Source: a virus | Virus record (IMG/VR): IMGVR_UViG_3300044646_003076 | Direction: 5' to 3' (one strand) | Length of the DNA stretch: 64,000 nt | Part shown: one piece after another, positions 28,463-38,457 of the stretch | How the letters are laid out: the number at the start of each line of letters is the position of its first letter | Position numbering within the stretch: the first letter of the stretch is position 1 | Notes under the pieces: generated by a model | What the model was told of the DNA's origin: nothing | Databases searched by the model: none | The model's input: only the letters and a program-made list of their open reading frames with translations | Position numbers and translations under genes: made by a program

Positions 28463-29674
28463 ATGATGAAATCGTTTAGACAATTTTTATCTGAAGCTCG
28501 TGGTGGTAAAGCCGCCGAGCAAGCACAAAGAAGTGGATTGGTTTCTAATGGTCATGGTGAATGGCTGAATAGACAGGGGTTGGTTGTTGCAAAGACAGAA
28601 AAAGATAGACTGGTTTTTATTAAACCACAAACACCCAAAAAGAGTGAGCCTGAACCAGAACCGAAAGGTAAACCAATAACAGCGGGACAAAGAACTACAC
28701 CTAAACCAAAAAAACCTCAGCCACTACCGAAACCCAAAAAACAGAAAAAAGAAGAACCCGTTAAAGATATTGATAAACCAAAATCTATAACGGTAGTTTT
28801 TGGTAAGTTTAATCCACCAACAGCGGGACATCTACTTCTTCTTAAAAAAGCAAGAGAAATAGCCGGTGGTTCTGAACTGAGAATTTATCCTTCAAGAATT
28901 CAGAATGATCAAAATCCACTTGATGTGAAGAATAAGATTCGCTATATGCGATTAGCGTATCCCGATTTCGCTGATGATATTATGAACGATCAGGATATGG
29001 AAACTATCTTTGACGTTCTTACTCTTCTTAGTGAAGAAGGTTATAATGAAGTTCAAATTGTGGTTGGCTCACAAAGAGAATCTGAATTTGATCGTCTCGC
29101 AAATCAATATAACGGTAATCTTTATGAGTTTGAAAATATTGAAGTTATTCCCGCTGGATTAAAGGATCCCGATAGTGATTCTTCAGATGTTCAGTCCTCT
29201 GGTGCATTAAGAAAAGCTGCCATCAGTAATGAGTATTTTAAATTCAGAACAGGTCTTCCACCCAAGATGCAAGAAAAGGAGAAAAGAAATCTCTTCTATG
29301 CGGTTCAGCGTTATTATGAGAAAACAACTGTTAAAGAGATGTGGAAAGTGGCACCCGAATTAGACTATAAGAATCTCAGAGAAAATTATTATAAAGGAAA
29401 AATCTTTAACGTCGGAGATTTAGTTGAAAGCAGATCAACTGGAATTGTAGGTGAAATCAAAAGACGTGGACCCAATTATGTAATTTGTGTGAATGAAAAA
29501 TTGGATCTCATGTTCAAGCCTTGGATTGAAGATATTTCAGAATGGACTGATAATCAAGGAACAACATATAAAGAAAAAGAAATGGGAACTTCAGAAAGAT
29601 TGAAATATGTAATGCGTCTTATGGGACTAAAGAAAATAGATAACTTCATAAAGCCAACTAAAAAATCTAAATAA
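28463..29674 (+). CDS. Cytidyltransferase-like nucleotidyltransferase (cyanophage type) with capsid-targeting-like N-terminus
   Basis: FGKFNPPTAGH (TxGH), VVGSQR, SSGALRKAA. N-terminus MMKSFRQFLSEA. Confidence 0.85.
   Translation: MMKSFRQFLSEARGGKAAEQAQRSGLVSNGHGEWLNRQGLVVAKTEKDRLVFIKPQTPKKSEPEPEPKGKPITAGQRTTPKPKKPQPLPKPKKQKKEEPVKDIDKPKSITVVFGKFNPPTAGHLLLLKKAREIAGGSELRIYPSRIQNDQNPLDVKNKIRYMRLAYPDFADDIMNDQDMETIFDVLTLLSEEGYNEVQIVVGSQRESEFDRLANQYNGNLYEFENIEVIPAGLKDPDSDSSDVQSSGALRKAAISNEYFKFRTGLPPKMQEKEKRNLFYAVQRYYEKTTVKEMWKVAPELDYKNLRENYYKGKIFNVGDLVESRSTGIVGEIKRRGPNYVICVNEKLDLMFKPWIEDISEWTDNQGTTYKEKEMGTSERLKYVMRLMGLKKIDNFIKPTKKSK
29667..29673 (+). promoter_or_regulatory. T4-like late promoter
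   Basis: CTAAATA upstream of 29696. Confidence 0.65.
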
Positions 29675-29695
29675 TCAAAATAGTGTTTATATCAG

Positions 29696-30925
29696 ATGAA
29701 TAAAAAACATTTTATTGAGGCTCTAGATTCCGTAGGAAAAGAAGATTCAGATATTGATAATGATGGTAAGAGTAATACCACATCGGACAAGTATCTTTTA
29801 AAGCGTAGAAAAATTAGAGGTGCTGTTATTAATGCCCGTAAAATGAAAGAAGAATTTATTCCTGAACCTGAATCTTTTTATGATTGGAGATCAACGGTTT
29901 CTGAAGATATTGCTGCCGCCATTGAAGATAATAATACTAAAAAAATTGAAGCCAAAAACGTTGATAACTACGCTAAAAATAAAAGCGGTAAGCGGGTTGT
30001 TACTATTAATCCAACTGTAAATTTTAGAGAAGAAGTTGAATCTATGGGAGGAGAAGTAGTATCAACAGTTGACATCAATGAAATGTCTGAAGTAGCCGCA
30101 GAATATTTTATTAATCTAGGTCTTAATGAAGAAGGTGTTGAAGTTGTTATGGAAGAGTTAGGTGATGAAGAGTTTTGTGAATGGGTTATTGATATTATGG
30201 AAGAAGCAGTTCTTCTAGAAGCTAGAGCAGCTAAAAAGAGAAAAGGTGGTCCATCTTATGAAGAAGTGAAAGCGAGTATTGAAGCAAAAGAAAAAGCCAA
30301 AAAATCCGCGCCCAGAAAAGCTGCAGTAAAAATTGCCAAAGTGGAGCAAGAAAAAAGAACTCGTCCACCTGGACAAGAAAGAATCATCCGTGGTGCCCAA
30401 CAAGTTCTTCAGAAGGCCAACTCCCCCGAAACCAAAAAAGCAGTCGCCAAATCCGTTGCAAACACTCTAGCCAGAGGAGCACTTTCGGCCTGGGAGGGTC
30501 ATAAGGCAGCAATGCAATCTAAGAAGGAAGGCAAAGGTTTAATGCATCAAATCGGTAAAGGTGCCGCCGCTACTGCCACATCATTTCTTAAAAAAGGAAC
30601 CGCTCATCTAAAAGAATATATTGAATATCTTGAAAATGAAGGGTATGATCTCTCTGAGATTACATTACAGGATCTTTATGAACAGTTAGATTCTTTAGAA
30701 GAAAAAGCGGTTTCACAACAACAGCAAAAACTTTTTGGTCTAGCTCTTGCAGTTCAAAGAGGACAGAAGCCGAAAAGTGAAGTCAGTAAAGATGTTAAAG
30801 ATCTTGTGGGATCACTACCCGAAAAAGAAATTCGCAAATTCGCCAAAACAAAACGTAGCTCATTACCGAAAGAAATGAAAGAAGGATTATCTTTTTCGGA
30901 TCTTCGTCGTTTCATCGGAGAATAA
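29696..30925 (+). CDS. Putative virion/internal protein with C-terminal DUF3008-like segment
   Basis: DSDIDNDGK...DKYLLKRRK, an acidic module, and KAVSQQQQKLFGLAL...EIRKFAKTK. Confidence 0.7.
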   Translation: MNKKHFIEALDSVGKEDSDIDNDGKSNTTSDKYLLKRRKIRGAVINARKMKEEFIPEPESFYDWRSTVSEDIAAAIEDNNTKKIEAKNVDNYAKNKSGKRVVTINPTVNFREEVESMGGEVVSTVDINEMSEVAAEYFINLGLNEEGVEVVMEELGDEEFCEWVIDIMEEAVLLEARAAKKRKGGPSYEEVKASIEAKEKAKKSAPRKAAVKIAKVEQEKRTRPPGQERIIRGAQQVLQKANSPETKKAVAKSVANTLARGALSAWEGHKAAMQSKKEGKGLMHQIGKGAAATATSFLKKGTAHLKEYIEYLENEGYDLSEITLQDLYEQLDSLEEKAVSQQQQKLFGLALAVQRGQKPKSEVSKDVKDLVGSLPEKEIRKFAKTKRSSLPKEMKEGLSFSDLRRFIGE

Positions 30926-30927
30926 GA

Positions 30928-31110
30928 ATGAAATTCAATCTATTGTTGTTACTAGCCGAAACTATCATTGACCACTTCTGGAATTCACCCAGAGTCAAAG
31001 AGTTTGTTATTCATCTTCTTTCTAAATACGCGAAGAGCACTGATAATGATGTTGATGATTTTCTTGTTAGTTTCATCAGAATTAAGTTAATTCCAAACAA
31101 CACTAAATAA
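30928..31110 (+). CDS. Small conserved cyanophage hypothetical protein
   Basis: VKEFVIHLLSKYAKSTDNDVDDFLV. Confidence 0.7.
   Translation: MKFNLLLLLAETIIDHFWNSPRVKEFVIHLLSKYAKSTDNDVDDFLVSFIRIKLIPNNTK
31103..31109 (+). promoter_or_regulatory. T4-like late promoter
   Basis: CTAAATA upstream of 31138. Confidence 0.65.
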
Positions 31111-31137
31111 TTACTAGCAAAAATAGCGGCAATAACA

Positions 31138-31902
31138 ATGGCACTTTGGGGTATTTCAACAACCACTGAGACTGCGGGTAATAACTTTAATATCCCAAAG
31201 TTTCTACAAGAAACCGATAGAAACCGTAGTCCACATAATGCATTTGCAGATCAGCGGGGATGGATTTTTCGGCATTATGGAACTGTTATTCATTCTGGAA
31301 TGTCAACTTCTTTTTATGATGAGGTTTTAGTTCCTGTAGCCGGACTTAACACTGCTGGTATTGGATCTAATACAATCGGTCTAGGTACTGCTACTCCTGT
31401 TGCGCTATTTTTTGAAGATCCTAATCGCTCCAGTCCAATCTCAGTTTCTGCTGGTGGAACTACAGGTATCGGTACAGGAAAAACTGGAATCGTACATCTA
31501 GTCTTTAATGAGAATGTATATGTCTCTGCCGGTGCAACTATTCTAGTTAATCGTTATAATGGCTCAGGTGTTTTTCAAGATGCATTGGTTGCCACTGCCA
31601 CATCTATGACTCCTAACGTAGAAGTCTTTAATTTTGTCGACAATGTTGGTTTCGTGACCTTTAAAAACTATAACGGGCAGGTCACCAATAGAGCATCATT
31701 CGCATTTAGTGCTCCTACTACTGGTATTGGTAGCTTTTTAAGTATTGATACCACTAAGGCATTCACTGGTGTTATTACTGATTTTTCTGGTGGCGCTGGT
31801 GTTACTAGCTCTATTACTTCAAATATTTTCCGCAATATTGGTGGTGCAGGATCTACCGCTGGTGTTGGACTTGGAACTACTACTCTTACTATTACTGCCT
31901 GA
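31138..31902 (+). CDS. Putative virion structural protein
   Basis: MALWG start, G/T-rich beta composition, late promoter. Confidence 0.7.
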   Translation: MALWGISTTTETAGNNFNIPKFLQETDRNRSPHNAFADQRGWIFRHYGTVIHSGMSTSFYDEVLVPVAGLNTAGIGSNTIGLGTATPVALFFEDPNRSSPISVSAGGTTGIGTGKTGIVHLVFNENVYVSAGATILVNRYNGSGVFQDALVATATSMTPNVEVFNFVDNVGFVTFKNYNGQVTNRASFAFSAPTTGIGSFLSIDTTKAFTGVITDFSGGAGVTSSITSNIFRNIGGAGSTAGVGLGTTTLTITA

Positions 31903-31908
31903 TAATTA

Positions 31909-32289
31909 ATGATTTTTAATGAATTGACAGAAGATAATTTTCTTCTATTCGCAATAAAAAATTATCAAAATCCTCAAGGTGTAACAAAGGATGATTTTGA
32001 AAAAGACCTTAATCATTTTAAATATGTAAAACGGCTTTTAAAGAAATACAAAAAAAGCGGAATTCTCAAATTACACCTTCTACTCAATCATTTTATTATT
32101 CTTTATAATATTTTTGGTGAAGCGACTACTCCGATGTTATTCTTTAAAGTTGATCAAGAATATTGGTCATCTTTGAAAACGATTGTTCAATTCTTAAATC
32201 GTTTACCTGAATACCCAAGATGTCATATTCATGAGATAGAAATAGATGAAGTTTGTTTAGAAATGTTGAGGTCAATCAGCGATGAATAA
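31909..32289 (+). CDS. Conserved T4-like hypothetical protein
   Basis: ELTEDNFLLFAIKNYQNP...LNHFIILYNIFG. Confidence 0.78.
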   Translation: MIFNELTEDNFLLFAIKNYQNPQGVTKDDFEKDLNHFKYVKRLLKKYKKSGILKLHLLLNHFIILYNIFGEATTPMLFFKVDQEYWSSLKTIVQFLNRLPEYPRCHIHEIEIDEVCLEMLRSISDE

Positions 32290-32509
32290 AAGAGATAGGA
32301 TTCTCAAAAATCTAAAAGAGATGATGACAGCTAATGCTCCTGGTGAAAGTGGAGGATTCACATCTTCTGCGAATTCTAAAGGTCCAACTGCGGGCTTTGA
32401 TCCACTCATGACATACAGAAAAACCAAAAAAGGAATCATTGATAGAAGAAGTGTTCCACCTGGACATAAAAAATGGTTACAAAGTGTTAAGGATATTATA
32501 AATACTTAA
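32282..32509 (+). CDS. Conserved hypothetical protein
   Basis: KEMMTANAPG...AGFDP. Confidence 0.65.
   Translation: MNKRDRILKNLKEMMTANAPGESGGFTSSANSKGPTAGFDPLMTYRKTKKGIIDRRSVPPGHKKWLQSVKDIINT
32497..32504 (+). promoter_or_regulatory. T4 late promoter (perfect consensus)
   Basis: TATAAATA. Confidence 0.75.
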
Positions 32510-32567
32510 TAATTTGGTTGATGATATTGGTGAAGTTTTAATAATTTAACTTTACCCAAGAGAGGAA

Positions 32568-33011
32568 ATGTATCAAGAACCTTCATGTGAAATAAAAGTC
32601 GCAGTATTAGAACAGAAAGTTATTGATCTTAAAGAGATCGTTCTTAAATTGGAAGACGTTATTGAACGCATCAGTGATGCAAATGCAAACGTTGTAAAAA
32701 TGTTAGCAGTTCATGAAGAAAGAATTAATAGTAATGAACAAAATAACCAATCTGTTTTTGATAAGGTATTAGAATTAGAAGCTAAAATAACTTCTAATAA
32801 AGAACAAGCAGTGAAAGAAGTTGGTACCTTAAAGACAGATTTAACAAAAGATATCAATACTCTTAGAAATAGACTTATTGCAATCGGGACCGGTTTTGTT
32901 GTTATTGGATTTGTTATTAGTAATTCTAGTTTTTTTGGAAAGCTTTTGAATGAAGAACTCCCCAAGAAAACCCACTTGACAAATTCAGGATCCTATGCTA
33001 AGCTGATCTGA
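32568..33011 (+). CDS. Coiled-coil protein with C-terminal transmembrane segment
   Basis: VAVLEQK...MLAVHEERI heptads and LIAIGTGFVVIGFVI. Confidence 0.7.
   Translation: MYQEPSCEIKVAVLEQKVIDLKEIVLKLEDVIERISDANANVVKMLAVHEERINSNEQNNQSVFDKVLELEAKITSNKEQAVKEVGTLKTDLTKDINTLRNRLIAIGTGFVVIGFVISNSSFFGKLLNEELPKKTHLTNSGSYAKLI
32976..33004 (+). promoter_or_regulatory. Sigma70-type promoter for primase-nrdAB
   Basis: TTGACA-N17-TAAGCT with TG. Confidence 0.75.
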
Positions 33012-33027
33012 CAGCAAGTGGGTCTGG

Positions 33028-34029
33028 ATGGATAGAATTGATGAAAAGTATATTGGGATTTTAGAAGGAAGAATTATTAAGTTAAAGAAAGTAAGACAGG
33101 GACTTTATAATTGTAGATGCCCATTATGTGGTGATTCACAAAGAAATAAGTCAAAAACGAGAGGATACTTTTACCAAAAGAACAACAACACGAATTATAA
33201 GTGTCATAATTGTGGCGCGAGTATGTCGTTTAATAATTTCTTAAAAGTTTTTGATTCAAAATTACATGCTGATTTTTGCTTTGAAAAATATACAGCAGGT
33301 TTTACCGGAAAGAATTTTCCAGTAGAAGCTCCAAAGATTGAATGCAAAAAGCCCGTTTTCAGAGAAAAATTAGATCTACCTTTAGCTTCGTCTAATGATA
33401 GTGCAAAAAGTTATCTAGAATCAAGAAAATTGAATCCCGATAAATTTTATTATGCTGAAAAGTTTAAAGAATGGACCAATTCTTTAAAACCAACATTTGA
33501 TGAAGCTACACTAAAATATGAAGAACAAAGAATCGTTATTCCCTTACATAGAAACAAAAAACTCATAGGATTTCAGGGAAGAGCCTTAACAAAATCGGAA
33601 GTCAAGTATATAACAATTATGTTAGATGAAGACTTCCCGAAAGTCTATAATATTGATAATGTTGATGTGAGTAAAAATGTTTATATTTTAGAAGGACCAT
33701 TTGATTCTGAATTCATCAGCAACTCAATCGCGATGTGTGGTGCTGATATTAATTTAAAACAACTAAATATTTTGCATCCGGTATTTGTTTATGATAACGA
33801 ACCACGGAATAAAGACATTCTTAAGAGAATGGAGCAAGTCATAATCCGTGGTGAATCTATAGTCATTTGGCCGGAACATATTCATCAGAAAGACATTAAT
33901 CTTATGGTAATGTCTGGAGTAGATGTGATGTCTATTATTGAAAATAATACTTATACTGGTCTAGAAGCAACACTAAAGTTTAATTTTTGGAAGAAAAACA
34001 ACTATGAGCAATCAAGAGTTAGCGGTTAA
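33028..34029 (+). CDS. gp61: DNA primase
   Basis: CPLCGD...CHNCG zinc finger, FQGR, TOPRIM ILEGPFDS, YDNEPRN, KDIN. Confidence 0.95.
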   Translation: MDRIDEKYIGILEGRIIKLKKVRQGLYNCRCPLCGDSQRNKSKTRGYFYQKNNNTNYKCHNCGASMSFNNFLKVFDSKLHADFCFEKYTAGFTGKNFPVEAPKIECKKPVFREKLDLPLASSNDSAKSYLESRKLNPDKFYYAEKFKEWTNSLKPTFDEATLKYEEQRIVIPLHRNKKLIGFQGRALTKSEVKYITIMLDEDFPKVYNIDNVDVSKNVYILEGPFDSEFISNSIAMCGADINLKQLNILHPVFVYDNEPRNKDILKRMEQVIIRGESIVIWPEHIHQKDINLMVMSGVDVMSIIENNTYTGLEATLKFNFWKKNNYEQSRVSG

Positions 34030-37000
34030 AAAGAGAAATGGTGCCATTGAACCATTGATGTTAGAGAAGCTTCATCGTATGGTAGAAGAAGCATGTAGTG
34101 GTCTTTCGGGTGTATCAATCTCTCAAGTTGAGATGAATTCGCACATCCAATTCTATGATGGAATTACCACCGACGAGATTCAAAAAATCTTGATCAAATC
34201 TGCATCAGATCTTATTAGTCTTGATGCTCCGAATTATCAATATGTTGCTGCGAGATTATTACTGTTTTCTATTCGTAAGCAGGTTTATGGTGGTACCGAA
34301 ATGCCTTCGCTTATTGATCATATTCGTAATTGTGTAGAATTGGGTGTTTATGATTCGGAAATCCTAGAGAAATATACCGAAGAAGAATTAGAAAAAGCTG
34401 ATGGTTTTATTGACCATGATAGAGATTTTCTGTTTACATATGCCGCAATGAAGGAGGCATCAGATAAGTATTTGGTGAAAGATAGAGTTGAGGGTTTTAT
34501 ATATGAAACACCTCAGTTCATGTATCTTATGGTGGCTCTTGTGGCTTTTTCTAGTTATCCAAAAGAAAGTCGTCTTGGAATGGTGAAAAGATATTATGAT
34601 CTAGCCAGTAAACATAAAATTAATATACCTACACCTGTACTCGCTGGAGTTAGAACACCAGAAAAACAATATTCAAGTTGTACCCTTTTAGATTGTGGTG
34701 ATTCTATTGATTCTATTATTGCAACAAAATCAGCTCTAGTAAAATATGTTGCCAATAGAGCTGGAATTGGTCTTAATGTTGGAAGAATTCGTGGTCTTGG
34801 TAAGAAAATTCGTGGTGGACGAGCTATTCATACTGGTTTGGTACCTTTTATCAAATCTTTTGAGGGTGATCTTAACTCCTGTTCTCAGGGGGGCCTGAGA
34901 AAGGGCTCAGCTACTTTATTTTTTCCTATTTGGCACCAAGAGGTTCGTGATCTAATCGTATTAAAAAATGAAAAGGGTAACACCGAAAATAGAGCCAGAT
35001 CATTGGATTATGCGGTTACCACATCAAGAATTTTTTATGAAAGGTTTATCCAAAATGGTGTTATTACATTATTTTCTCCTTATGATGTTCCCGGTCTTTA
35101 TGATGCTTTCGGTACACCAGAGTTTGATGATCTTTATGTAAAGTATGAAAATGATCCATCTATTCCCAAAACTACTGTTGGTGCTCAGGAATTAACACTA
35201 TCTATTCTTGAGGAGCGCAGTGATACCGGAAGAATTTATATTTTCAATATTGATCATGCTAATTCTCATGGTCCATATAAAAAAGTCGTAAAGATGAGCA
35301 ATCTTTGTGTTGCCCCAGAAACACAAATTCTTACAAGAAACGGATATCAACCAATTTCCGACCTTGAAGAAGAGTATGTTGATATTTGGAATGGAGAAGA
35401 GTGGTCCAATGTTCAAATTAAAAAAACATCAGAAAATCAAGAATTACTTAAAGTGATAATTGATAACGAAGAAATTGAATGTACTCCATACCATAGATTT
35501 TTTGTTGTTGATAAATTAAAAACTTATTCAAAAAATAAAAAATTCATCGAAAAAGCTGCTTGTGATCTAAAACCTGGAGATAAATTGATAAAGTATGAAC
35601 TACCCACAATTCAAGGGGAAAAAGAACTTGATCATGCTTATACTTTAGGTTTTCACAGTGGAGATGGATCATATTTAAAAGGTTTGCCGATACTAGATCT
35701 TTATGGATCTAAAAAAAATATACTAGAAGAATTCAATTATACGAAATATTATAATGATCTTAATAACAATAGAATTAGAGTATTTCTTGATATACCACCA
35801 CATACTAAATTCGTTGTTCCCGATTGTGAATATACAATAGAATCTCGTTTAAAATGGTTTGCGGGTTTAGTTGATTCAGATGGTAATATTACAAAATGTC
35901 AAAATAGTGAAACTATTCAAATTAGCTCCGTTCATTTTGACTTTTTAAAAAATATAAAATATATGCTTCAAACTCTTGGAGTAAATTCAAAAATTGTAAA
36001 TTGTTATCCTGAAGGGATGAGATTGATGCCCGATGGTAAAGGAGGCAAAAAAGAATATCTATGTAAGCGGTCTTGGAGAATATTAATTTCTAATACTGGT
36101 TTGGCGAGGCTCTGTAATTTAAATTTTCATAATTATGTTAGAAAATCAAATATTTCGTTTAATATCCCCAATAGAAATGCTGGAAGGTTTAATACTGTCG
36201 AAGAAGTAATTTATACTGGCCGTTATTCCTCAACATATTGTTTTGCTGAACCTAAAAGAGGTATGGGAATGTTCAATGGTTTTCTACTCGGGAATTGTCT
36301 TGAAATTGCTCTATTAACGGAACCACTTGATCATATTGATGATGTGAATGGTGCGATTGCTCTTTGTATTCTTTCAGCCGTTAATGTTGGAACTCTTAAA
36401 AATCTAGAAGATTTAGAAGAATATTGTGAAATGATTGTTCGTTTTCTAGATGAACTTATTGATATTCAAACTTATCCGATAAAAGCGGCAGAATTGGCTA
36501 CACGAAAAAATCGCCCACTGGGAGTCGGAATTACTGGATTAGCGCATTATTTTGCAAGACTGGGGCTGAATTACGAAGATCCAAAAACAGTAAATGTCGC
36601 TCATAAACTAGCGGAATATTTCCAATATTATCTACTAAAAGCCTCTAATCAATTGGCAAAAGAAAAAGGTGCTTGTGAAGGTTTTTATGAGACAAAGTAT
36701 GCTGATGGTATCTTACCCATTGATACTTACAAGAGAGACATTGACAACTTCTGTGATGAACCATTATACCTTGATTGGGAAGGATTAAGACAAGATATTA
36801 TGAAGTATGGTTTGAGACATACAACTCTTACTGCAGTAATGCCCTGTGAAAGTAGCGCAAAGGTATTAAACACAACTAATGGAATTGAACCACCAAGAGA
36901 TTGGTTATCAGTAAAACGTAAACTTCGTATCATTGTTCCACAGTATAATAAACTAAAAAATAATTATACTTTAGCTTGGGATATGAAATCTAATGAAGGA

Positions 37001-37264
37001 TATTTCAAGATCGTCGCGGCTTTACAAAAATTCTTTGATCAGGCGATTAGTGCGAATTGGACCTATAACCCCGAAAACTATCCAGATAATAAAGTTCCAA
37101 TGAGTGTGATTCTTAATGACTTTCTTTGTGCTTATAAATGGGGACATAAAAGTGCATATTATATGAATACTTATAATGGCAAAAAAGATGATATGGAAAT
37201 AGAAAATTTTATTAACGAAGTAATAGAAATGGAGGAAGAAGATTGTGACTCATGTAAACTCTGA
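34004..37264 (+). CDS. nrdA: Class Ia ribonucleotide reductase alpha subunit, intein-containing
   Basis: ATP cone, ETPQFMY, PTPVLAG, SSCTL, SQGGLRKG, SNL/CLEI split by an intein, MPCESS, C-terminal CDSCKL. Confidence 0.97.
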   Translation: MSNQELAVKKRNGAIEPLMLEKLHRMVEEACSGLSGVSISQVEMNSHIQFYDGITTDEIQKILIKSASDLISLDAPNYQYVAARLLLFSIRKQVYGGTEMPSLIDHIRNCVELGVYDSEILEKYTEEELEKADGFIDHDRDFLFTYAAMKEASDKYLVKDRVEGFIYETPQFMYLMVALVAFSSYPKESRLGMVKRYYDLASKHKINIPTPVLAGVRTPEKQYSSCTLLDCGDSIDSIIATKSALVKYVANRAGIGLNVGRIRGLGKKIRGGRAIHTGLVPFIKSFEGDLNSCSQGGLRKGSATLFFPIWHQEVRDLIVLKNEKGNTENRARSLDYAVTTSRIFYERFIQNGVITLFSPYDVPGLYDAFGTPEFDDLYVKYENDPSIPKTTVGAQELTLSILEERSDTGRIYIFNIDHANSHGPYKKVVKMSNLCVAPETQILTRNGYQPISDLEEEYVDIWNGEEWSNVQIKKTSENQELLKVIIDNEEIECTPYHRFFVVDKLKTYSKNKKFIEKAACDLKPGDKLIKYELPTIQGEKELDHAYTLGFHSGDGSYLKGLPILDLYGSKKNILEEFNYTKYYNDLNNNRIRVFLDIPPHTKFVVPDCEYTIESRLKWFAGLVDSDGNITKCQNSETIQISSVHFDFLKNIKYMLQTLGVNSKIVNCYPEGMRLMPDGKGGKKEYLCKRSWRILISNTGLARLCNLNFHNYVRKSNISFNIPNRNAGRFNTVEEVIYTGRYSSTYCFAEPKRGMGMFNGFLLGNCLEIALLTEPLDHIDDVNGAIALCILSAVNVGTLKNLEDLEEYCEMIVRFLDELIDIQTYPIKAAELATRKNRPLGVGITGLAHYFARLGLNYEDPKTVNVAHKLAEYFQYYLLKASNQLAKEKGACEGFYETKYADGILPIDTYKRDIDNFCDEPLYLDWEGLRQDIMKYGLRHTTLTAVMPCESSAKVLNTTNGIEPPRDWLSVKRKLRIIVPQYNKLKNNYTLAWDMKSNEGYFKIVAALQKFFDQAISANWTYNPENYPDNKVPMSVILNDFLCAYKWGHKSAYYMNTYNGKKDDMEIENFINEVIEMEEEDCDSCKL
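35306..36295 (+). mobile_element. Intein (330 aa) with LAGLIDADG homing endonuclease in nrdA
   Basis: Starts CVAPETQILTRNG and ends FNGFLLGN, with Cys as the +1 residue. LAGLIDADG-like blocks LGFHSGDGS and FAGLVDSDG. Removing it restores KMSNL-CLEI. Confidence 0.95.
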
Positions 37265-38414
37265 AATTCAAGGAATGACCGTATTCAATAGTAATCCTGT
37301 TGACACTTTAAAACAACCGATGTTTTTTGGATCACCTTTGGGTATTCAAAGATATGATGTAAATAAGTTTCCCGTATTTGGTAGATTAACACAAGATCAA
37401 TGGGGTGCCTTTTGGCGCCCTGAGGCATATGAATATGCGATTCCTAAAGATCGCGCCGATTATCAAAAACTTCGCCCGGAACAGAAGCATATTTTCACCT
37501 CTAATCTCAAGTATCAGATTATGTTAGATTCTGTTCAAGGAAGAGCACCCGGTTTAGCATTTTTACCATACTGCTCTCTACCCGAGTTAGAGGCTGCAAT
37601 GATTGCGTGGGTTTTTATGGAATCAATTCATAGTTATTCGTACACATTTATTATTAAAAACGTTTATTCTAATCCGTCTGAGGTTTTTGATAATATTGTT
37701 ATTGATGAAAAGATTCTTGAGCGCTCTAAATCCGTTACCGAATCCTATGATGATTTTATCCGGGATGCTCAGAATTATGGATCCTCTAATCTTTGGAAGT
37801 TTAATAATGAAGGAGTCCAGTTGGGTAAATCTGAATTATTGGAAGTAAAAAGGAAGCTTTATCGTGCGGTTGCCAATGTAAACATTTTGGAAGGGGTTCG
37901 GTTTTATGTCTCTTTTGCTTGTTCATTTGCTTTCGGTCAAGATCATTTAATGGAAGGATCAGCAAAAATTATTTCTAAAATTGCGGCCGATGAGAGATTA
38001 CATTTATTCTTAACTCAGAACATTCTAACCAAATGGAAGAGTGGTGTAGATGATCCCGATATGAAGATTATTGCTAATGAGGAAGAAGCATATGTTTATA
38101 AGATGTTTGAGCGAGCAGTTGATGAGGAAAAACGATGGGCTTCTTATCTCTTTAAAGATGGTTCAATGTTAGGATTGAATGAAAAATTACTACAAAATTA
38201 TGTGGAATGGATTGCGAATAGAAGAATGAAAGCTATTAGTCTGAAACCAATTTATGATGTATCAGCTAATAATAATCCACTTCCTTGGACAGAAGATTGG
38301 TTAAATTCAAAGAATACCCAAAACCCACCACAAGAAGAGCCGAACGAATCTTATATCGTTGGTGGTGTTAAACAAGATATCTCATCAACTACATTCTCTG
38401 ACTTCAAACTCTAA
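37245..38414 (+). CDS. nrdB: Class Ia ribonucleotide reductase beta subunit
   Basis: FWRPE, MLDSVQGR, ESIHSYSY, LEGVRFYVSFACSFAF, DERLH. Confidence 0.97.
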   Translation: MTHVNSEIQGMTVFNSNPVDTLKQPMFFGSPLGIQRYDVNKFPVFGRLTQDQWGAFWRPEAYEYAIPKDRADYQKLRPEQKHIFTSNLKYQIMLDSVQGRAPGLAFLPYCSLPELEAAMIAWVFMESIHSYSYTFIIKNVYSNPSEVFDNIVIDEKILERSKSVTESYDDFIRDAQNYGSSNLWKFNNEGVQLGKSELLEVKRKLYRAVANVNILEGVRFYVSFACSFAFGQDHLMEGSAKIISKIAADERLHLFLTQNILTKWKSGVDDPDMKIIANEEEAYVYKMFERAVDEEKRWASYLFKDGSMLGLNEKLLQNYVEWIANRRMKAISLKPIYDVSANNNPLPWTEDWLNSKNTQNPPQEEPNESYIVGGVKQDISSTTFSDFKL

Positions 38415-38425
38415 TACCTCTTTTT

Positions 38426-38432
38426 CTAAATA
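38426..38432 (+). promoter_or_regulatory. T4-like late promoter
   Basis: CTAAATA upstream of 38458. Confidence 0.65.
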
Positions 38433-38457
38433 ATACAGACGTAAAAACAGTTTAACA

